DNA of 64,000 nt from a virus (taxonomy: Duplodnaviria > Heunggongvirae > Uroviricota > Caudoviricetes). Below, one piece after another: positions 33,976 to 43,866 of the stretch. Each line of letters opens with the position of its first letter. The stretch's first letter is position 1. Both the position numbers and the translations under genes were made by a program. Location: the IMG/VR virus record IMGVR_UViG_3300024270_000010; one strand, written 5' to 3'. Below the pieces are notes generated by a model that was not told the DNA's origin, searched no databases, and saw nothing but the letters and a program-made list of their open reading frames with translations.

Positions 33976-36081
33976 ATGGCAACTCTTCCACCCGATGGGA
34001 TTTATAGTGGTTTTTATATTCGTTATTTTTTTGAAGGCGAAGAAATGACAGGCTACTATGGATCTAGTATGGGCATTTATAAAAGTGGAGATCCCGTCGA
34101 AGCGACAGTTACTTCAGATTGGATTATTAATGGGCCTAATGGCGAAGCTGCTTTATGGTATTGGGATTCAAATTATTAGAATGAAATTCAAATTGGTAGT
34201 TCATTAAGTTTTCAAGCTCATATTTATTTAGATGATGGAATCTCCTTTGGAATTATCATATATGGAAAGAGAATGGATATCAAATTAAAGATGGGTGCGA
34301 AGACTGATCTTCCATCCAGTAAAAATAAAGGCACAGTATATTTTGCTAAAGATGGAGATAAAAACTTTGGTGAATTATATTATGATGATGAAAATGGCAA
34401 TCGAGTAAAAATTGGCGGTAGCAATATTAGCAGCGCTAAATTTAAAATTTAGTATAATTCTAGCAATATTGATTTAGTTGATGGCCTTAGATTAGATTTA
34501 ACTTTTGAAGATGGAACTGTAATAGCTTCTAATTTTTTCCCTGAAGCAACAATATATAACCCTGGTTTAATGATGCCTGCCAAGAATAGTATTACAGAAA
34601 TCCAATAGATGCCATTAGGATTGAAATCTTTTTATCCAGGCATTATAATTGGTACAATGCCTGCATTAGAATTAAATAACGGTTATGCCATTGGAATTGG
34701 AGATGCTGCAGTTTTATTTGGAGATGATAGTACAGAATATAATAAAGTAGGAATAATTCAAAGTCCAGAAACTTTAATATTAGCTACAGAGGATTAGACC
34801 GCAGTGTTTAGTGTAAGCAATTAGGATAATACTCCAGGAATAGTGGCTATGGCTGGTGATGCAAGTTTTACGCTTGCAGAAGGTTATTTTTGGACAGGTT
34901 CCTTAGGAGCTGAATCTAATTATATTCCTACTGCTTATATTGAAGAACTTCATTCCACTTCAATCAATGCAGCCCAGTTTGAAGGAGCTTTTGCTGGAGA
35001 TTTAGAAGGTACAGCTAGAGATGCAACTTCTTGGACCAATGCAATTCTTTTAAATGGCACTGAAGTTAAAGGCGGAGAAACTGAAGCAATTACTACTGCT
35101 AAATGGGGTGCTGAACGCAATATCTCTATTTCTGGCACTGCCGGCACAACTGGAACTATTGTTGATGGTTCTAATGAAGATGGTTATACTCTAATCATTC
35201 CCGCAACTATGATTGGTTTCACTAGCATCACTTCTACTAATTTATTGGCAACTAACTTAGGAGCTGCTGGAGCCCCAGTTGAAGTTGCTCATTTTAAAGA
35301 AACTTATTTCCATAATCCTAATAATAATAACTATAAGCATAAGCTAACAAGTAATGCTGGTTCTGCTGATTGTGAATTACAGCTACCTAATACTTCTGGC
35401 TTAATTGTTACTAAGGCTAGCACTACTGCGGCCGTTGGTGGTCTGAATGCACCAGTGTTTGTTGCTGCGAGCGGTGAAGTTACTGCTTGTTCTACTGTCT
35501 CTGTCGAGCATGGTGGTACTGGCGCTAACTCTTTAAGTGCTTATTCTTTATTATATGGCAATGGAACTAATGCAGTAGGACAGGTTACTCCTATGGCCGC
35601 AGGCCGTATTTTAGTATCTGGCGGTACTACTTCTGCTCCTCTATATGCTAGCCCAAGTTTAAGTTTCAGCACAGGCGCTTCTAATCCAACTATTAGTTTT
35701 GTCATTAATGGTGCTACTTATACTTCTACTAATGGCATTCAATCTGCTACTGGCGAAAATCCTGGTCTAGTTTCTACTACTACTCAGACTTTTGCAGGAG
35801 CAAAGACTTTTACTGGAGCTGTTAATTTTAGCGCTGGTATCACAAGTACAACAGGTACATTCTCTGGACAAATCAATGCTACAAACATCAAGTTGAGTGG
35901 TCAATTGAAGAGTCATTCCGCAGGTACTTCTTATCTAACTTTGACTGATACTAAAGCAACTGTGACTTCTCCAACTGTTTATTTAAATGGTACAACTATC
36001 GTTCTAAATTCTAGTAATTATGGTCCTACTTTACCAACTACTAATTTAGAAGAAGGTCGAATTTTCTTCTTATTGACTTAA
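33976..36081 (+). CDS. Tail fibre protein (~701 aa; TAG read-through)
   Basis: AGGAGG RBS; 5 in-frame TAG (34177, 34450, 34606, 34795, 34822); T/G/A/S-rich fibre repeats (GGTGA, QTFAGAKTFT); C-terminal LPTTNLEEGRIFF. Confidence 0.7.
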
Positions 36082-36113
36082 TAAAATCTAGGTGAGAAAG
36101 GAGAAAATATACA

Positions 36114-38288
36114 ATGGCAACTTATGATTGCACTATAAATGGTGTTCGTGCAAGAGTTGCTGCCACTGGAGTCTACTGGTTTGGACCCTCTGGCGGCAAC
36201 CTAGGCACTTCTACAACTGACGATGAAGGTTGGGGCGTTAATGATGGAGAAGATTTCTTCGGTGGAAATGTCAACCCCATGGCTTGTGATCCAAGCGGTA
36301 ATAGTAAATTTACAGTTGCTATCAAAGTAACTACTCCAAATTTATCAAATGTTACTATTAGTGCTTTAACAATTACAGTTCAAGGTTTTGACCATACTTA
36401 CAAAGGTCTTACTTCTACTTATCCATTATATGCTAGTTTAAGAACTACTTCTACAAGTAGTAGTAGTGATACTTACAGCACTTTTAGAAATTACGCAATT
36501 GGAAGTGAGGCTAGTACCAGTTCTCTTACTGGAAATTCTCTAAATCTTAATACTTGGTCTCCTACTTTCTACGGATCTTTTTCCCCAAATACTTCATATT
36601 ATTTATTCTTATATACTAAATCTACAAGCCAAATTTATGGTTTTTATCACAGTGGCGCAATTTGCACTGATGCTTATGTTACTTATACTCAAAATGCAGC
36701 ATCTTATACTGTAAGTTTGAGTAAAGGTACTGGTATCAGTTCTGTAAGTGGCGGTGGCACTTATACAGAAGGCGATTTAGTAACCATTAGAGCTACTCCA
36801 TCTTCTGGATATAGCTTTGTAAACTGGACAGGTTCAGAAACTTCAACCGCAAACCCTTATAGTTTTTATATTTATGGTAATAAGTCTTATACTGCTAACG
36901 CAAGTTCTGCGACTTATTTAGTTCAATATAAAGCTGGTACTTATGGTTCTGGTACAGAGAGTTCTGTTTATAAAACTCATGGTACAAATTTAACCTTAAA
37001 AGGAGTGCAATTCACTCGTTCTGGTTATACTCAAACTGATTGGGCTTCTGACGCCGCAGGTACGGTATGGGTAAATACCTTAAATGGAACTTATCAGACA
37101 GATGCTCCTGCAACTTTTTATCCATATTGGACACCCAATGTATATACATTAACCATTAATCCAAATGGTGGTACAATGTATAACGGTGACAATACTACTT
37201 CAAGTCCTTTTACCACAGAATTCTCTTATGGTACTCTAACTTATATTGGTAATTTAGATAGTTACGAAGGATACTAGCCAGACAATAAGCCAACAAAACC
37301 TGGTTATACTTGTACTGGATTTACTTTCTCTGGAGGCTCAGGTCAATAGAATACTAGTGGTGCTACTTTCTATTTTATGGGCGATAATCCAGCCGCCGCA
37401 ATGGTTACTGCTTCTGATACTCGCTCTTGGGTTTTCAATGGTAATTATGCTGGCAATGTAACTGCGACTGCAGAATGGGTTGGAAATACTTATACTGTTG
37501 TTTATAATGCTAATGGTGGTACTGGTTCTATGGCTAATACATCTCATACTTATGGTGAAGGCTCTAGTTTAAGAACTAATAGTTTTACCCATTCTGGTTA
37601 TACCTTTACCGGATGGAATACCAAAGAAGATGGAACAGGAACTACATATGCTAATAATGCTGTAGTAACTGATTTAACAACTACTGCCGGAGGAACTGTT
37701 ACTTTATACGCTCAATGGGGTGAAGCCACTTATACAGTTATTTTCAATCTAAATGGTGGTAGTATTCAAAGTGGTGATTTTAGTAATATGACTTGTGCTC
37801 GTAATACTAATTATACCATTCCTACTGGAACCATTGCAGCCAATGGCTTAATCTTCTTAGGATGGTCTACATCATCTTCTGCTACGACTGCGACTTATGA
37901 AGCTGGAGATACTTTCAATAATATTGGAGCCGCAGGCGCAACAGTTATTTTATATGCAGTTTGGGATACAAAAGAGTTTACAATTAAATATCATGACAAT
38001 AGCAATGGTAATACATTAAGTGTTAGTTGTATTCCTGCAGCTACCACCAATACTTTTAGAACTCTTCCTTCTGGATGGACGAAGGATGGCTATGAAGCTA
38101 TTGGTTGGAGTAGATCTGCATCTGCCACTTCTCCTGACTATCGATTTGGTCAAGGATTTGTTGATGATTTAGGCGTAGCAGATGGAGCTACTTTAAATTT
38201 ATATGTTGTTTGGACCCTGTAGCAACCATGGACTCTGACTCAATTATATATGTATATTGATTCTAGAGATTCATTTGTTCAATTCTAA
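36114..38288 (+). CDS. Adhesin-like fibre-associated protein with InlB B-repeats (Flg_new/Listeria-Bacteroides repeat; ~724 aa; TAG read-through)
   Basis: Repeats such as YTVVYNANGGTG...GYTFTGWNT...Y and YTVSLSKGTGISSVSGGGTY..GYSFVNW; 3 in-frame TAG (37275, 37347, 38220); TAA at 38286. Confidence 0.78.
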
Positions 38289-38309
38289 TAAAAAAAAGGG
38301 GGATATAAT

Positions 38310-38717
38310 ATGGACTGGATGGTTATGTTATATCAAATTTTTGAACTTTGCGTTATTCCTCTCTTGGGTGTATTGACTATGTACTTAGTTCAATTCATTA
38401 AAATGAAGAGCCAAGAAATCGCAGATAAGACTGATAGTGAATTAGCAGATAAGTACATTCAAATGCTTGCTGATACTATCACTACTTGCGTTATCGCAAC
38501 TAATCAGACTTATGTTGAATCTTTGAAGAAGCAAGGTAAGTTTGATGCAGAAGCTCAGAAGGAAGCTTTCAATTTGACTTATAATGCAGTTATGTCTGTA
38601 TTAACTGATGAAGCTAAGCATTATTTGGCTTCCATTTATGGCGACTTGACCGCCTACATTACTAGTCGTATTGAGGCTGAGGTTAATGTAAGTAAGATTG
38701 TTCCTGTTACTGAGTAA
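38310..38717 (+). CDS. Holin-like protein (135 aa)
   Basis: Single N-terminal hydrophobic helix followed by a charged helical domain; end of the structural operon. Confidence 0.65.
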   Translation: MDWMVMLYQIFELCVIPLLGVLTMYLVQFIKMKSQEIADKTDSELADKYIQMLADTITTCVIATNQTYVESLKKQGKFDAEAQKEAFNLTYNAVMSVLTDEAKHYLASIYGDLTAYITSRIEAEVNVSKIVPVTE

Positions 38718-38725
38718 TTGCGGAG

Positions 38726-38770
38726 ATACCCGAAAAATACCTAAAAAGTATTTTTCGGGTATTTTTTTTT
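38726..38770 (+). terminator. Rho-independent terminator
   Basis: ATACCCGAAAAATAC / GTATTTTTCGGGTAT 15-bp stem followed by a T-run. Confidence 0.9.
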
Positions 38771-38780
38771 GTCATTCGCA

Positions 38781-38912
38781 GGACCTCAAAAAGTTATGTC
38801 CCGGTATTCTTACGGTCCATTTTTGGTTATTTTTCATTCCAGTCGCGGTCCATTTTCGGTTAGGGTTCGGTCCTCGTTTGGACAAATTAGGGTAATTTTT
38901 CGGTCCTAATTT
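38781..38912 (+). repeat. Degenerate 11-bp-period direct-repeat array (12 units)
   Basis: GG(T/A)N at 38781, 38803, 38814, 38825, 38847, 38858, 38869, 38880, 38891 and 38902, all multiples of 11 apart, most followed by T-tracts. Confidence 0.75.
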
Positions 38913-38915
38913 TCA
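38880..38915 (+). promoter_or_regulatory. Tripartite motif, copy 5 (candidate late promoter of the cassette)
   Basis: GGAC-N10-AAT-N13-TTTTCA. Confidence 0.6.
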
Positions 38916-38971
38916 TAAAGCTATGAGGGGATTGGATAAAATATTTTTTGTATGGAGAGGAGACCTTACAT

Positions 38972-39406
38972 ATGTACTCAAACTATAATTATTATCCACA
39001 ACAACCCTAGCAAGTCGCCCAATAGCAACCAGTGTACCAACCATTGTCTTACTTACGACAGGCGCCGCCGCAAGCAGGACTGAAAGGACGCTTGGTAGCA
39101 TCATTGGAAGAGGCCCGTGCAACCTCTATTGACTTTGATGGTTCTGTATTCTACTTCCCAGATTTAGCGAACAGACGAATCTACACAAAACAAATAAATA
39201 TGGATGGCACCGCATCACTGTGTGTGTATGAATTAAGGGAAATGCCCGTTTAGAGAGAAGAGAGCGGTTCTGTTCCATCCGTTGAGAAATTTGTAACGAG
39301 AGAAGAGTTTGAGCAGGTCCTGGCGCAACTACAAATGCTCCAGAAGCCAACCGAGCCGGCCGTATCTGCCCCCGCAAAAGAAAAAGTAGAATTAATGTCA
39401 TTCTAA
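38972..39406 (+). CDS. Cassette gene A: N-terminal Q/P/Y/N-rich low-complexity region plus small beta domain (144 aa; TAG read-through)
   Basis: GAGAGGAG RBS; 3 TAG, two inside the Q-rich tract PQQP*QVAQ*QPVYQP; TAA at 39404. Confidence 0.78.
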
Positions 39407-39416
39407 GGAGGTATGA

Positions 39417-39671
39417 ATGATGTATCCAGTAAACCCAAATAAATTAATCCAAATGATTAAATCCGGGCAAAATCCTCAGCAATTGATGTTATCAATTTTG
39501 AAAGGACAAGCCTATGATAATCCCCTCGGAAAAAATCTCCTAAATTTAGCTCAATCTGGTCGCACTGTCGAATTAGAGAAAGTAATTCGCAACCTTTACG
39601 CCCAGTAGGGCGGTCAAAATTTCGACCAGGAGTTCGAAGCCTTTAAACGTGCATTAGGCTACAACACTTAA
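39417..39671 (+). CDS. Cassette gene B: small helical NP/Q-rich protein (84 aa; TAG read-through)
   Basis: AAGGAGG RBS; TAG at 39606, reading continues GGQNFDQEFEAFKRALGYNT to TAA. Confidence 0.72.
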
Positions 39672-39692
39672 AATTTAAGGAGGAAAAAAATT

Positions 39693-40409
39693 ATGTTCAA
39701 TGGAAAAGGTTATAATTTATCTGATATCGCTGCTGTAACCCGTGGAAGTGGTACTGGTTTCGGTGGAGATGGCGACGGCGCATGGTGGCTGTTACTGTTA
39801 TTCCTGTTTGCGGGATGGGGTAATGGTGGCTATGGCGGCGGCCTTGGCGCAGGTAACGCTCGCGACGCTGTTTCTTATGGCTTTGATATCAACAATCTAG
39901 AAAATGGAATCCGTGGACTAGAGCATGGTCTATGCGATGGTTTCTATGACATGAACACTTCTTTGCTAACTGGTTTTGGTAATGTTACTATGGGTAATAT
40001 GCAGAACACTAACGCCATTATGGGCCGTTTGTGTGATATGTCCGCAGAGCAAGCTGCTTGTTGCTGCGAAACTCAGCGCTTGATTGAGAGAGGTTTGTGC
40101 GAAGTCAACTATAATATCTTGACTCAATCTAACGCAACTAATACTAATATTGCCAATGCCGCGAGAGATATTATTGAAAACAATAATAATGGTGTTCGCT
40201 CTATCTTAGACTTCTTGACTCAGGATAAGATTGCTACTTTGCAGGCTGAAAATCAGGCTTTGCGCTTGACCGCTTCTCAGCAAGCTCAGAACGCTTTCTT
40301 GATCGACCAGTTAGGAACTAAGGCTCCTATTCCTGCATACATGGTAGCTAATCCATATGCTAGCTATGGTTGTGGTATGAACTACTATGCTGGATGTGGC
40401 TGCAACTAA
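39693..40409 (+). CDS. Cassette gene C: Gly-rich, hydrophobic segment, CCC motif, coiled coil, Y/C/G tail (238 aa)
   Basis: AAGGAGG RBS; AWWLLLLFLFAGWG segment; ACCCETQ; LQAENQALRL coiled coil; YGCGMNYYAGCGCN end. Confidence 0.8.
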   Translation: MFNGKGYNLSDIAAVTRGSGTGFGGDGDGAWWLLLLFLFAGWGNGGYGGGLGAGNARDAVSYGFDINNLENGIRGLEHGLCDGFYDMNTSLLTGFGNVTMGNMQNTNAIMGRLCDMSAEQAACCCETQRLIERGLCEVNYNILTQSNATNTNIANAARDIIENNNNGVRSILDFLTQDKIATLQAENQALRLTASQQAQNAFLIDQLGTKAPIPAYMVANPYASYGCGMNYYAGCGCN

Positions 40410-40428
40410 TATCTAAGGAGGAAAGTAT

Positions 40429-40851
40429 ATGGAAATTATTGCTAATGCTGTTCAAACAGTTCCCGCAAATCAGAATGTTTATTTCACTGATTCTGTTACT
40501 TCTGGAAATTATTCTATCGAGCATCGTGATGGTAGTGGATTGGTGACTCTTCGCGGAGTCACCAATACTCAGTGCCGCGCCCGTTTTAGAGTACATTTCG
40601 GCGCAAATGTCGCGATTGCAGAAGGTGGCACCGTCGGACCAATTTCCTTAGCTATCTCTTTGGATGGTGAAGCGGTTCCAGCTACAATTATGACTGTCAC
40701 CCCTGCCGCAGTTGGAGATTTCTTCAATGTGAGCGCATCTATCTTTATTGATATTCCAAAAGGATGCTGCTCTCATGTGGCCGTGAAGAATATTTCTACT
40801 CAGCCAATTGATGTACAAAATGCAAATCTAATTGCTGAACGTTCTGCGTAA
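40429..40851 (+). CDS. Cassette gene D: predicted all-beta sandwich protein (140 aa)
   Basis: Alternating hydrophobic beta-strand pattern throughout; AAGGAGG RBS; GCC motif. Confidence 0.75.
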   Translation: MEIIANAVQTVPANQNVYFTDSVTSGNYSIEHRDGSGLVTLRGVTNTQCRARFRVHFGANVAIAEGGTVGPISLAISLDGEAVPATIMTVTPAAVGDFFNVSASIFIDIPKGCCSHVAVKNISTQPIDVQNANLIAERSA

Positions 40852-40862
40852 GGAGGGATAGT

Positions 40863-41444
40863 ATGGACCACGAAAGATTAAAACACATGAAAGAAACTTT
40901 AATGTGTGCTGTTGAAGTACAATTATGTGATTTGGGTGAAGTAGATACTAAAGAGCTTGGAGAAGCTATTGATATGATTAAAGATTTAGAAGAGGCAATC
41001 TACTATTGCACCGTTACAGAAGCTATGAACAACTCTTCACACGAAATGGAGTTTGAAATGAAAAAAGGCGGCCATCACCAGTAGGAAAATGGTGACAGCC
41101 GCATGTATTATGACAGAAATCGTAGAAGTGATGGTACATTCTATGCTGACAATGATAATTCTTCTTCTTCTGGAATGAATAGTTCTAATGGAAGAAATTA
41201 TTACGATGACCCAGGTATGTGGCGCGATGAGCGCGAAGGCCGCAGTTATAATAGTCGTAGAATGTATATGGAAGCCAAGGATATGAAACGAGATAAAGCT
41301 ACTCAATTGCGTGAGTTAGAAAAGTATATGCAAGAGCTATCTCTGGATATTACCGAAATGATTGCGGATGCTTCTCCAGAAGAAAAAGCATATCTTGAAA
41401 AGAAGATAACCGCATTGGCTTCTAAAATTGGTCAAATGAAATGA
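40863..41444 (+). CDS. Cassette gene E: helical ends with a central S/N/Y/R/D-rich linker (193 aa; TAG read-through)
   Basis: Fragments 40863 and 41103 are in frame and joined by TAG 41082; TGA stop overlaps the next ATG. Confidence 0.78.
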
Positions 41445-41752
41445 TTATAAATGGCGTGCGCTGGCGGGTCCGGTTGGTCTCGCCAGCCCATCCAATGCTA
41501 CTTACGCCTTGGAGAACTCACGCTCTTGGAGTTTGTGATAAAGTCACATAGACTATATGTATAGACAAGACTCTTTCCCCTCAACAACTAAAAGAAGTCT
41601 TATGTCATGAATTAGTTCATGCTTTTATGTTTAGCTATGCTGTGGATTTATCATATGATGAAGAGGAAATGGTAGCAGAGCTTATGACTGAATATGGAGA
41701 AGATATATTAGAACGGACAAACGCGATTTATAATGGTATAAAAATGAAATAA
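41441..41752 (+). CDS. Cassette gene F: small HExxH (zincin, ImmA/IrrE-like) metallopeptidase (103 aa; TAG read-through; absent from ORF track)
   Basis: ATGA overlap; MIINGVRWRVRLV...GVCDKVT*TICID...EVLCHELVHAFMFSY...EEEMVA; TAG at 41549; TAA at 41750. Confidence 0.78.
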
Positions 41753-41795
41753 GGGTCGATTATGAATAATCATAATCGACCCCTTATTTTTTTTT
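41747..41795. terminator. Bidirectional terminator between convergent operons
   Basis: 19-bp perfect inverted repeat AAATAAGGGTCGATTATGA / TCATAATCGACCCTTATTT, with a T-run on + and an A-rich 5' flank. Confidence 0.88.
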
Positions 41796-41798
41796 GGT

Positions 41799-42257
41799 TT
41801 AATCAACAACGTCGTCATTATCAACTTTTAAGTCTAAAGCCATAGCCTTATCATAATAGATTTTAGCTTGACCGTTGCCACCCAAACCAGTATATAATTT
41901 ATAGAACTCGGTTAACTGTTCCATCTGTGCAGGAGTAATATATCCCTGAGCTAAGAATCCTTTGCATAATTGTACTAAGCGGAAACGATAAGAAGCAATA
42001 ATCAGATTCATATGAGTCTTCTCGATGTTCTCAGTTTCTCTGATATATTTTCTTAGTTCCTCTAATTCCTGATATACTGGTTCTAAATGGATCTCAATGG
42101 TGTCCTCGACATGTTGTCTCTCTTGGGCGGCGGCTAATTCTCTAGCGTTTCTTAATTCACGATTCAATTCACGAGTTTTGAACTTAGCATAACCAATTAC
42201 ACCGGCACTGATAAGAGCAAACAAAATCTCCATACCCCACTCAGCTAATAATTCCAT
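41799..42257 (-). CDS. Holin-like membrane protein (152 aa)
   Basis: N-terminal TM helix, coiled coil, C-terminal YKLYTGLGGNG motif; GAAAGGGG RBS. Confidence 0.55.
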   Translation of the reverse strand: MELLAEWGMEILFALISAGVIGYAKFKTRELNRELRNARELAAAQERQHVEDTIEIHLEPVYQELEELRKYIRETENIEKTHMNLIIASYRFRLVQLCKGFLAQGYITPAQMEQLTEFYKLYTGLGGNGQAKIYYDKAMALDLKVDNDDVVD

Positions 42258-42293
42258 TTAAAGTATCCCCCTTTCTAACTTCTCTGACATTTA

Positions 42294-42329
42294 TAAGAAG
42301 TTGGATAGGGGGATTTATTAGTTAGGACC
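42294..42329 (-). promoter_or_regulatory. Tripartite motif, copy 6 (candidate late promoter)
   Basis: GGTC-N10-AAT-N13-TTCTTA on the minus strand, starting inside the 3' end of ruvC. Confidence 0.55.
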
Positions 42330-42807
42330 AATCGAATACTTCGACCTTATTTTTGGTATAATGAGCGCCAATACAAATAGCATCACATTCATCCTGTGTT
42401 GGTTTTACATTATAGGTTTTTACAACCCAATCTTGTGCGGCTTTCTTCTAGGCTGGACGATCTTTTCCCTTGATACCAAGAGAAGATTTCCAGACGGTAG
42501 AAAGAACGGCGGTTCGAGGCATTTTCATTTCAACAAATAATTCATGTAAAACGCCAAATACCTCAGCCAATGCTTTAAAGGTGGCTACATTATTGACAAC
42601 ATTATTTTGAAGTTGAATATCTTCAAAGACGACTTCGTCAATATCAAACTTCTCAATTAAACCAATAACTTCCTTGCGAATAAAGTGAAGTCTATCTCCA
42701 ACATCGGTTTGAGTTGCGGAGAACTTGCCATAATTGTAAAGTTCACCATCATCAAATACTGCCCAACCAGTCACGCGACTGGCCTGGTCCAATGCAAGAG
42801 TTCTCAC
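42322..42807 (-). CDS. ruvC: RuvC-like Holliday junction resolvase (161 aa; TAG read-through)
   Basis: LALDQASRVTGW and VVFEDIQ motifs; after the TAG at codon 120 the frame continues KKAAQDWV...DECDAICIG, supplying the C-terminal catalytic acids. Confidence 0.88.
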
Positions 42808-43343
42808 TTAGAAGTAGAACCGAATCCGCCAGTGCGTTCGCCCATTACCACATCATCAGAAGTGATACCATATGGAAGAATGGTTGCCTGACCGATTGCG
42901 TCACCTTTCTTAATTTGAATATTAAATGGAGATAGATTGTAAATCTGGAAGAAAATCTCACCTTCATTATCGGGGTTATTGTAGTAATCAGCATCGATAA
43001 TACCAATGCCGTTACCCAACATCAACCAATATTTCAAGGGAGAGGAACTGCGGACACTTAGTTGTAACCAAGAGCCAGGATCTAACTTACACTTCATTCC
43101 AGTAGAAACAAGAGTTGGCTTGAAACCAATCTTCTTAGTAAAGTCAGCCATTTGTTCCAGACTTACATATTCATCGACCTCAACAGGCCATAATAATTTT
43201 GCTTCTTCACACATCAAAGGAAGAGAAGGAATTACATAATCCTCTGCGGCGACCATGTCATATCCTGCGGATTGACTGGTTTTACGGACCGGCATAGCTA
43301 AGTCCGCGTCCGCATACTTAGAAACTTTTTCAAAATGTGCCAT
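42804..43343 (-). CDS. dut: Trimeric dUTPase
   Basis: SAGYD, RSS, GIIDADY, GEI and RTGGFGST motifs. Confidence 0.95.
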   Translation of the reverse strand: MAHFEKVSKYADADLAMPVRKTSQSAGYDMVAAEDYVIPSLPLMCEEAKLLWPVEVDEYVSLEQMADFTKKIGFKPTLVSTGMKCKLDPGSWLQLSVRSSSPLKYWLMLGNGIGIIDADYYNNPDNEGEIFFQIYNLSPFNIQIKKGDAIGQATILPYGITSDDVVMGERTGGFGSTSK

Positions 43344-43348
43344 GATGA

Positions 43349-43591
43349 TTAACCCCTTTCATAAGTGACGGTATAAACATCCTCGGGGTCTTTCTCATTA
43401 GTGAAAATCTTAGTAGCAGTAACTACTTGATATTCTTCAATAACTTCACCCTTAGCCTTAATTTGCTTAGTCTTATAACTAAAAGCAGTTAGGTCAAAAG
43501 TGGGATCATCTAGTAATTGTTCATGAAGAGCCTCAACATCGGCAATGGTGGGAACTCTATAAGTATCAACAGCTTTTAATAAATATTTCAT
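43349..43591 (-). CDS. Hypothetical protein (80 aa)
   Basis: Coupled ORF within the operon; TAA stop. Confidence 0.6.
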   Translation of the reverse strand: MKYLLKAVDTYRVPTIADVEALHEQLLDDPTFDLTAFSYKTKQIKAKGEVIEEYQVVTATKIFTNEKDPEDVYTVTYERG

Positions 43592-43866
43592 CTTATTACC
43601 TCTACAACAATATTATTTCGACTATAATTCATTTTTGAGTAAGCAAGAATATCTTCGGAAACAGCATTACCGAAAACACTATTGCCACTCAAATATACAT
43701 GATCAATTTTCTTTTCATTACTGATTGTACTGATTACCTCTGGAAGTCCTTCCATGGTGGTAATTGCTACGCACTCTTTATCTCCAGTATCTGTATCAAC
43801 GATATAGACTCTCTGGTGCAAATCGAACATATGTAATTCACAATAAATTCTTTTCATTTCATTCAC
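43588..43866 (-). CDS. Hypothetical protein (~92 aa)
   Basis: Overlapping start/stop with both neighbours. Confidence 0.55.
   Translation of the reverse strand: MNEMKRIYCELHMFDLHQRVYIVDTDTGDKECVAITTMEGLPEVISTISNEKKIDHVYLSGNSVFGNAVSEDILAYSKMNYSRNNIVVEVIR

Noticed and set aside
38860-38892. Two TTAGGG telomere-like hexamers
   Set aside because: Only two non-tandem copies, and both are part of the 11-bp array
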